Virus record (IMG/VR): IMGVR_UViG_3300009678_001574
Reading direction: 5' to 3' (one strand)
Source: a virus
Length of the DNA stretch: 64,000 nt
Shown: in pieces, positions 20,869 through 26,761 of the stretch
Layout of the letters: the number at the start of each line of letters is the position of its first letter
How positions within the stretch are numbered: position 1 is the stretch's first letter
Translations under genes and position numbers: made by a program
Notes under the pieces: generated by a model
The model's database searches: none
The model's input: the letters and a program-made list of their open reading frames with translations, nothing else
What the model was told of the DNA's origin: nothing

Positions 20869-21096
20869 TTGCACACTACGCAACGGTAGGACGGTAAGCA
20901 ATCTGCCTCCGCGTGGCACCGTCCGGGTAACGCTAAAGATTGCACAGTAGGCAAAGGTTGCATAGTACGCAACTCTTGCACACTGACACACACATACACA
21001 TGCACCTAGTTGCATAGTACGCAATCGTTGCGTACCCAGGACGAAGTGGCGTGCTCGCAGAAATTGCGTAGCCCGCAAACTTTGCATACCTGGAAA
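20869..21096. repeat. Array 2 of TTGC-N7-GCAA palindromes
   Basis: Perfect copies at 20869, 20940, 20958, 21010, 21064; imperfect or half sites at 20976, 21028, 21082. Confidence 0.9.
20889..20943 (+). ncRNA. HDV-like ribozyme 2 (minimal P4); predicted cut between 20888 and 20889
   Basis: P1 GGACGGU/ACCGUCC, P2 GCAAUCU/AGAUUGC, P3 GCC/GGC, L3 UCCGCGU, P1.1 CC/GG, J4/2 GCUAA with C20933. Confidence 0.85.
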
Positions 21097-21105
21097 GTGT
21101 GTGTG

Positions 21106-21180
21106 ACGCGGTGCAGCAAAATTTTGACGCGGTGCGTCGGTCGATTTTTGTTGACAACGCGGTGCGTCAAGCGGCAAAAT
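21106..21180 (+). promoter_or_regulatory. Sigma70-like promoter P3 with three ACGC-N3-GCG operator-like sites
   Basis: TTGACA(21151)-ACGCGGTGCGTCAAGCGG(18)-CAAAAT; sites at 21106, 21127 and 21157. Confidence 0.65.
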
Positions 21181-21233
21181 CGGTTTCACAATCGGCGCAA
21201 CGGAAACGGCGCCGCCAAGGGAAAGGACACGGC

Positions 21234-21437
21234 ATGACACTGACACCGGCTTATGGTCGGGACTACAAGAGCAAGGCAGAGGTCGAGGCAGCCTGGGACG
21301 GCGGTAAGGATTTCCAGATTGCCAGCGTGGGGCCGTGGATGGGCTCCTACGTGACCAAGCGGGAGCTGGCGGGTAACGAGAAGGAAGTAAGCATCCGTTA
21401 CGCCAAGCTCTCGAAGGTGGTAGTCCTGAAGGTGTGA
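21234..21437 (+). CDS. Early protein D
   Basis: MTLTPAYGRDYKSKAEV...GKDF; GAAAGGA RBS; GC-rich codons. Confidence 0.75.
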   Translation: MTLTPAYGRDYKSKAEVEAAWDGGKDFQIASVGPWMGSYVTKRELAGNEKEVSIRYAKLSKVVVLKV

Positions 21438-21462
21438 ACGCAGGGCCGGCTAGTACAGCGGC

Positions 21463-21549
21463 CCTAGTCTAAAGCAGCCGGCAGTAGTTAGGCCGCCAGT
21501 CCAAAGCCTGGGAAAGCTCCTAACGGAGTTCAATGCTGATGGGACCTAG
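21463..21549 (+). ncRNA. Twister ribozyme 1; predicted cut 21470/21471
   Basis: U^AA-AGC-A-GC, P3 CGGC/GCCG, P4 CCAG/CUGG, L4 UCCAAAGC, P5, then GCU-GA-UGGG; P2 AGC/GCU and T2 UCCA/UGGG covary relative to other copies. Confidence 0.85.
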
Positions 21550-22155
21550 TAGTGAGGCTTAGTGAGTAGGTAAGGGCGTAGGTAGTTACTGCCACGTTCG
21601 AGACTCAGGCGAAAGTCAGCCAGGTCGAAGGCGTAGCATATACCGACGATAACCTCCAAGGGGCTAAGTAAGCGAACGGCGGTGTTGGCAGCGTGAGCCG
21701 TAATCATGCTGTAGTCTGGTAAGCGGGACTTTAACTCGGCTAGGTGGTGACTCTCACTCGTGTTGGTAGCCACGTTACGGTTGCCCGGTGACTAGGACTC
21801 GCATGGGAATCAGCCCTGCCTAGACAACTTCACAGAGCTTCGGCTCTTGGATTCTATCAGCTTGCGCTTCTGGTAAGGCATATAGCTTTACTCGAAGGCG
21901 TGGTTAGTGGGCTGATAGTCTTACGCTCTCGCAGTTAAAGAGAGCACGCACATGACCACACTCCTCGTTAGGCTTAGATTATGCTAAGCCACGAAAAACT
22001 CGCTTGGTGAGTGGGCCTATTTGGCTGACACCACAAGCCTGCGAGCGGAGTAGTGGTGGCGTGTTTTCGCCAAGCCTAACGAGCGCTTTAGGGGCCGCGC
22101 AGTTCAACCGCGCAATGGTCCCAGAGTTGTGGGTTACCTTGGTGCAAGAAAACCC
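21546..22155 (+). ncRNA. Candidate large structured ncRNA between twisters 1 and 2
   Basis: No convincing long ORF; long-range helices 21574-82/21920-28, 21854-61/21911-18, 21964-75/22072-83; UUCG hairpin 21834-47. Confidence 0.55.
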
Positions 22156-22220
22156 TCGTAATGCGGCAAGCGTATGCTTACGGTCACAAGCCCGTGTAAA
22201 CGCAGAGTGAGAAAGACGAG
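22155..22220 (+). ncRNA. Twister ribozyme 2; predicted cut 22159/22160
   Basis: U^AAUGCGGC, P3 AAGC/GCUU, P4 ACGG/CCGU, L4 UCACAAGC, GCA-GA-GUGA (T2 UCAC/GUGA). Confidence 0.92.
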
Positions 22221-22222
22221 TC

Positions 22223-22435
22223 ATGGATTACTCGTATCTGAAGCATTTGTCCGATGCTCAGTTGCGTACACTCAAGGTCCGGTACGCAATGGCAAAGGGC
22301 AACAGTTGGGAACACAAGCTCTTTTGCGCCGTGGATAGAGTGCTTACCGACCGCGAAGGCGTAACGCACTTCAAGACCGGGCGCATGGGAGACTGCCTGC
22401 ACATGGACCCACTCATGAACCCGAAAGGAATCTGA
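22223..22435 (+). CDS. Early protein E
   Basis: 70-aa ORF directly after twister 2. Confidence 0.6.
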   Translation: MDYSYLKHLSDAQLRTLKVRYAMAKGNSWEHKLFCAVDRVLTDREGVTHFKTGRMGDCLHMDPLMNPKGI

Positions 22436-22438
22436 CCG

Positions 22439-22882
22439 ATGAGCACACAGGAACCCAAAGACAAACCCGGAGTCGTCAACGGCTCCTTCGTCCGCAAAGA
22501 CTTCTACCTCTCACCGCCCGTCAAGGGAGCGCCGGTGGAAGCGTGGGAAGCCTGGCAGAAAGCGGACGACTTGCTTGCCGCCAACGCCAAGCGGAAGCAC
22601 ACCAAGAGCCTCAAGCACGAAGAGGTGCCTGAGTTCCTCCAGCCCAAGGTGCTTAGCAAGGTTGGCGGCGTCTACCGGCAGTCGGCGATGGTGGGCTTCA
22701 TCGGGGACGGAGATACCGCCCGAGTGGAAGCGGCCGTGGATGCCGAGCAGGGCAAGGTGCTGGCGCTCAACTCCTTCCGTCATGGTGGGCGTGGGCAGCA
22801 GACCGCTAGTCGCTCTGGTTCGGCCAAGCGTGCAGCTCGACGGGCAGCGAAGGAAGCCCGCCGCAAGAATACTCGGCACTAA
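22439..22882 (+). CDS. Early protein F (basic C-terminal tail)
   Basis: GC-rich codon usage. Confidence 0.7.
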   Translation: MSTQEPKDKPGVVNGSFVRKDFYLSPPVKGAPVEAWEAWQKADDLLAANAKRKHTKSLKHEEVPEFLQPKVLSKVGGVYRQSAMVGFIGDGDTARVEAAVDAEQGKVLALNSFRHGGRGQQTASRSGSAKRAARRAAKEARRKNTRH

Positions 22883-22901
22883 CACACAAGGGCGCTCACC
22901 C

Positions 22902-22970
22902 GCCCGCTAATGCAGCCTGGAGCAATCCCGCTCTAGCCAGTCACAAGCCTGGATAAATGCAGAGTGGCAT
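22902..22970 (+). ncRNA. Twister ribozyme 3; predicted cut 22908/22909
   Basis: U^AAUGCAGC, P3 CUGGAGC/GCUCUAG, P4 CCAG/CUGG, L4 UCACAAGC, GCA-GA-GUGG. Confidence 0.92.
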
Positions 22971-23040
22971 GTAGGTGGTAGGCACACATATACACACACA
23001 CCTACATACACATACAGTGTGCCAAGAAAGGGTTAAGTAC

Positions 23041-23328
23041 ATGACTGCTACCGAATTTCTCAAGAGCAAGAACGTTCCCTTCGATGGCTTGGATGCGGGC
23101 CAGTGCCGCACCATCGCCAAGGCCTACGGCTGGGCTGCTCCGAAGGCGGGCGTCAGCGTGGTGAGCTACACGCCGACCCAGAGCAAGAAGGGTCCGGGCC
23201 TCTACCTCAAGGTGGAGATCGAGGGAGCGCGTGAGGGCATGTTCCGCCTCTGCGACGGCAACGAGCTCACCCCGGCGGCCCGTGAGGTCATCGCCACCAT
23301 CGGCAACGACTGCGCCGACCTGCTGTAA
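23041..23328 (+). CDS. Early protein G
   Basis: ATG at 23041; GC-rich codons. Confidence 0.7.
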   Translation: MTATEFLKSKNVPFDGLDAGQCRTIAKAYGWAAPKAGVSVVSYTPTQSKKGPGLYLKVEIEGAREGMFRLCDGNELTPAAREVIATIGNDCADLL

Positions 23329-23356
23329 GACAAAGGCACCTGGGCAAGTGTAGAAA

Positions 23357-23420
23357 CTGCCCTGTTAATGCGGCCGGGATAGCCCGCAGGTCACAAGCCC
23401 TGGTAAACGCAGAGTGGCAC
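23357..23420 (+). ncRNA. Twister ribozyme 4; predicted cut 23366/23367
   Basis: U^AAUGCGGC, P3 CGGG/CCCG, P4 CAGG/CCUG, L4 UCACAAGC, GCA-GA-GUGG. Confidence 0.92.
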
Positions 23421-23438
23421 CTCAAACCGGGAGTGAGC

Positions 23439-23789
23439 ATGGGAAGCAGCAACCACAAAGGCATGGACACGTACAACCGCATCATCACCGACGCGCGAGC
23501 CACTGGCAAGCCTATCGGTCCGCAGTTCCACAAGTTCGACTTCCAGCGCAAGATATGGGAGAAGATGAACCTCACCCAGCCGGAAGCGAAGGTGCTCACC
23601 CAGACCCGTACCGCCCAAGCCGTCGTGACCAAAGACCAGACCCGAGAGGCCATCAAGGCCAAGCTCACGGTCAAGGTCACAGCGCCACAGCCTCAGTCCC
23701 TCCGCGAGAAGTACCAGGCTGAGCAACTCAAGAAAATCGCGGACGGCTACAAGGTCGAAGAAGGCATCAAGTACGTCAGCAAAGAGTAG
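23439..23789 (+). CDS. Early protein H
   Basis: GGAG RBS; GC-rich codons. Confidence 0.7.
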   Translation: MGSSNHKGMDTYNRIITDARATGKPIGPQFHKFDFQRKIWEKMNLTQPEAKVLTQTRTAQAVVTKDQTREAIKAKLTVKVTAPQPQSLREKYQAEQLKKIADGYKVEEGIKYVSKE

Positions 23790-23975
23790 TCCCACCCACA
23801 CGGAAGGAAAGGACATGCTGCGTAAAATTTAGCGCCAGTGGCTAAGGCGCGGTATAAGTGCCCACCTACTCCCTTGCGCCTGGACTTGGGAATCAGTAGT
23901 TAAAGCAGGCTGGATACACGGGAGCTACTCATGCTCTGCTCGTGACCGTGTATCGAGATATTGTAGGTAGAGCAA

Positions 23976-24038
23976 TGTTGTTAATGCCACCTGCATAGTG
24001 CAGCCGGTTCCAAGTCCGGAGAAGGCAGAGGAACAACA
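23976..24038 (+). ncRNA. Twister ribozyme 5; predicted cut 23982/23983
   Basis: P1 UGUUG/CAACA, U^AA-UGCC-AC, P3 CUGCA/UGCAG, P4 CCGG/CCGG, L4 UUCCAAGU; T1 AC/GU and T2 UUCC/GGAA covary. Confidence 0.92.
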
Positions 24039-24051
24039 CAAGGAGAAGCCA

Positions 24052-24213
24052 ATGCTCAAGCACAGCCTCGGTGACAAGCTCCGCCCGTTCATCCGTGAAA
24101 CCGTCAAGGCCAACGTGGAGAAGGCCAACCCGCATCTCACCAGCAACCCCAAGCTCCTCGACAACGTGACCCGCTCCATCATCACCAAGGGCCTCGCTCC
24201 TCTGTACCTGTAG
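24052..24213 (+). CDS. Early protein I (53 aa)
   Basis: AGGAG RBS right after twister 5; GC-rich codons. Confidence 0.7.
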   Translation: MLKHSLGDKLRPFIRETVKANVEKANPHLTSNPKLLDNVTRSIITKGLAPLYL

Positions 24214-24248
24214 CTCTCCCGCCCTCTATTGGACTCAGAGGCATGTGA

Positions 24249-24323
24249 GTCCTTAATGCGGCTAGGCACGGTCAAAGCCTAGGAGTCCCAAGCCTCCACA
24301 AACGCAGAGGGATACGAAAGGAC
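24249..24323 (+). ncRNA. Twister ribozyme 6; predicted cut 24254/24255
   Basis: U^AAUGCGGC, P3 UAGGC/GCCUA, P4 GGAG/CUCC, L4 UCCCAAGC, GCA-GA-GGGA. Confidence 0.92.
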
Positions 24324-24429
24324 GTGTATGTATCATAAGTAAGCGCCTAGAAAACTAGTAAGGGCGCAACGACAGAAATACTTACCTAGCACACTCACGT
24401 ATACCTAGGCAATGTGCGTGAGTGTGTGA

Positions 24430-24488
24430 CAGTGTAATGCGGCTATGAGTGGTCCCAAGCCCACCTGAGAAACGCAGAGGGAATCACA
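24430..24488 (+). ncRNA. Twister ribozyme 7 (no P3); predicted cut 24435/24436
   Basis: U^AAUGCGGC, P4 GUGG/CCAC, L4 UCCCAAGC, GCA-GA-GGGA. Confidence 0.9.
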
Positions 24489-24502
24489 ACAAAGGAGAAA
24501 GT

Positions 24503-24724
24503 ATGCTCAAGGTCATTGGTGCGATCACGTTGGTCGGTGGCTTGGCTTTCGGTGCGGCCTACTTCGGCGGGTACATCGACGGCAAGGCAGAGGTTCAGGT
24601 CACGGAGCAGGGTCGCAAGGCTGCTTCGGACACTCTTCGTAGCGCGCAGCAGGGCATCAGCAACGGGCTGAACCGTGCGGCTGATGCGGTCCACAGTGCC
24701 GAGGTTCCCAGCACCCAGCGGTAA
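24503..24724 (+). CDS. Early protein J, N-terminal membrane anchor
   Basis: AAAGGAG RBS; MLKVIGAITLVGGLAFGAAYFGG. Confidence 0.75.
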   Translation: MLKVIGAITLVGGLAFGAAYFGGYIDGKAEVQVTEQGRKAASDTLRSAQQGISNGLNRAADAVHSAEVPSTQR

Positions 24725-24914
24725 GTCGTAGGTTACATAGCTAATCATCCGTCGCCGAAAGGGAAAGGGAAAGGGAATAGTACACAAGCGCCAAGTTAAA
24801 GACGCTCTAAGGCGTAAGCCTACTTGAGCACACTAACAGTAACACGGCGCATCCTTTGAACGAGTAGGAACAGGTCGTTGATTAGCGTTTGATTAAAAGG
24901 CGGGTTAAATGTCC

Positions 24915-24995
24915 TGCCTCAATGCAGCTAGATGGATGCCCTATCTGTCTAACGGTCCCAAGCCCGTAAAGCGCAACGCAAATGCAGAGGGTACA
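24915..24995 (+). ncRNA. Twister ribozyme 8; predicted cut 24920/24921 (C^A)
   Basis: C^AAUGCAGC, P3, P4 ACGG/CCGU, L4 UCCCAAGC, small P5 GCG/CGC, GCA-GA-GGG. Confidence 0.85.
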
Positions 24996-25051
24996 TCCTG
25001 GCGAGCAATGGTATGGTTGGTATGGACAGGACCAAAGCCCCAACTGAGAAC

Positions 25052-25120
25052 GCAGTAGGTAGGAAACAAGGCGAGCGGCACGCAAGGTAAGTCCTGCTCC
25101 GCCTACCTACTGCTTTTTTC
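25052..25120 (+). terminator. Terminator closing the ribozyme-rich operon
   Basis: gcagtaggtagg / cctacctactgc 12-bp stem followed by tttttt. Confidence 0.75.
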
Positions 25121-25280
25121 GCTGAAGGCCCGGATATTCTCGGTAGTATGTCTGGTTTTTTATAACAGACATTATTACAGACGATATCTTATAGGCATTG
25201 GTGTGCCTAAATAAAGCCGGTGGGTAGAATATGCACTACCAACTTTTTTAGAAACGCTGTGTAAGCATAAGGAGGTAGGT

Positions 25281-26381
25281 ATGAAGGACACAATCGTTGT
25301 TCAGTTCAAGCCCATCACGACCTACTGCTTCCATATGCGTTTGAACGATTTTCTAGAGGCTGTGCAGAACGGCAGCTTCATAGACGATGACGGACACGGC
25401 TATTTGGCTACTGAAAGCCAAGAATCGTCTGTGCGTGTCAATCCGTCTGATGTAGCTACTACGCTTCTCGAAAACCCTTCCTACTTCGGTTGGGCCACAC
25501 ACGTAGCTTGGTTTAATAAGTAAGGCCCATCCGACTTGGATACGGTGCCTACTCACAGGACCATGGAGGTAGGTATGTCGTGTATCTGCAAGCCCAACGA
25601 CCCGTGTGACTATCACCTTGCTACGTGCATCGTGTGTAGTCCGCGCTGTGTAGGTCATCCGAATAGCGGTCCTGGCTTGCGTGAGCGGCTTTCTCAGTAC
25701 GAAGTTCAATTTGTCTCGCATCGTGGTAATATCGCGGTGGCAAAGAGTTTCGTGGGCTATGACAAAGCCAAGCAAGACAAGGTGAATAATCCAGCTCTGC
25801 CTTTCAACGTAGTGGAGCTGGTCACGCACGGTTCTGTCCGCGCTTCGTTGGTCTGGCGAAACGGTCGGTGGTGCTGATGGATACCTGTTGCATGAGTGAC
25901 TGCCCAAGCCCAAAGCACGCTGACTCATTGCGTGGGTATTGCGCGGAACACCACCTTGCCCACCAGCAGACGTTGCATAACGAATATTTCTCGCTTCCTG
26001 CGTTGCTAGCCGAGCGTAAGCATAAGGCCGAGCAAGGCAACTGGTATCCGGCCAATGGTGGTACGGAAACGCCCTTTCACACACGCAATCGACGCAGACT
26101 GCTGTATTGTTGGCAACCTAGCACTGGCCGACACGCCTACCTAGACTTGGACACGGACTTGATACTGTCCGACTCCGAGGCTCAGATAGCGTTGGGGACG
26201 TAGCATGGACCAAGACCTACCAGAGATAATTACTGTCGATGGCTTGCGTAGTCCATGTGGAACTATCGAGTACTGGGGCCAAGCTACTAGACAACCAGAT
26301 GGCAAATACGTCTGCTACGCTAATGTGGGCGGAATGCTAGCTTTGGTTGAGGTCAGAATCACCACGGAGACTGTTGTGTAA
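25281..26381 (+). CDS. Four small hypothetical ORFs (25281-25523, ~25575-25877, 25877-26203, 26205-26381)
   Basis: RBS-led, coupled ORFs; third contains WYPANGGTE.PF..R..RRLLYCWQP.TG.HAYLD. Confidence 0.6.
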
Positions 26382-26448
26382 ACATCCGGCCTGTAAGCCC
26401 CGACACAGGCTCAAATATGGGGCCTTTTCCTTTCTTTAGGAGACACAC

Positions 26449-26745
26449 ATGGTTGTCTTTACAGTTCGACTTGGCGATGAATCATTCCAGGTTTATCTCC
26501 AAAAGGGATTTTTCTATCCGGATGGTACTCCTGCCATTCGTGCCTTCACCGACCAAGGCGAGCCGTTCGCTAACTTGACCGTAGCCATCGAAGGCACCAA
26601 GCTCAAGCAAGGTGAGTACCTGGTCAAGACTTGGGGCGAGAATCGACAACTGGCTGAGGCTGTTCTAAGGAATAACCTGCTAGTTGATACGGGCCGCCGG
26701 GTTAGGACTGAGTATGTAGAAGCTCAGGTCTGGCGCGAACCCTAA
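26449..26745 (+). CDS. DUF4313-like protein
   Basis: Y.DGTPAI......EPFANLTV ... TG......Y pattern. Confidence 0.45.
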   Translation: MVVFTVRLGDESFQVYLQKGFFYPDGTPAIRAFTDQGEPFANLTVAIEGTKLKQGEYLVKTWGENRQLAEAVLRNNLLVDTGRRVRTEYVEAQVWREP

Positions 26746-26761
26746 ACGCAAGGACACGCAC

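Noticed and set aside
19505-21096. CRISPR array
   Set aside because: Repeats are 15-bp degenerate palindromes with irregular 3-40 bp gaps, not 25-45 bp repeats with unique equal-length spacers; no cas genes.
21546-22155. tmRNA, RNase P RNA or group I intron (also considered for 45352-45800)
   Set aside because: No tRNA-like acceptor/CCA ends or tag ORF, no GAGGAAAGUCC / AACAGAA P4 strands, and no ordered P/Q/R/S elements.
25000-25060. Tenth twister (ggACCAAAGCcc ... aacgcag)
   Set aside because: It has an L4-like loop, but no upstream NAA-P2-GC element, no 4-bp P4 and no GA plus T2 complement; the 3' part belongs to the terminator stem. At most a decayed copy.
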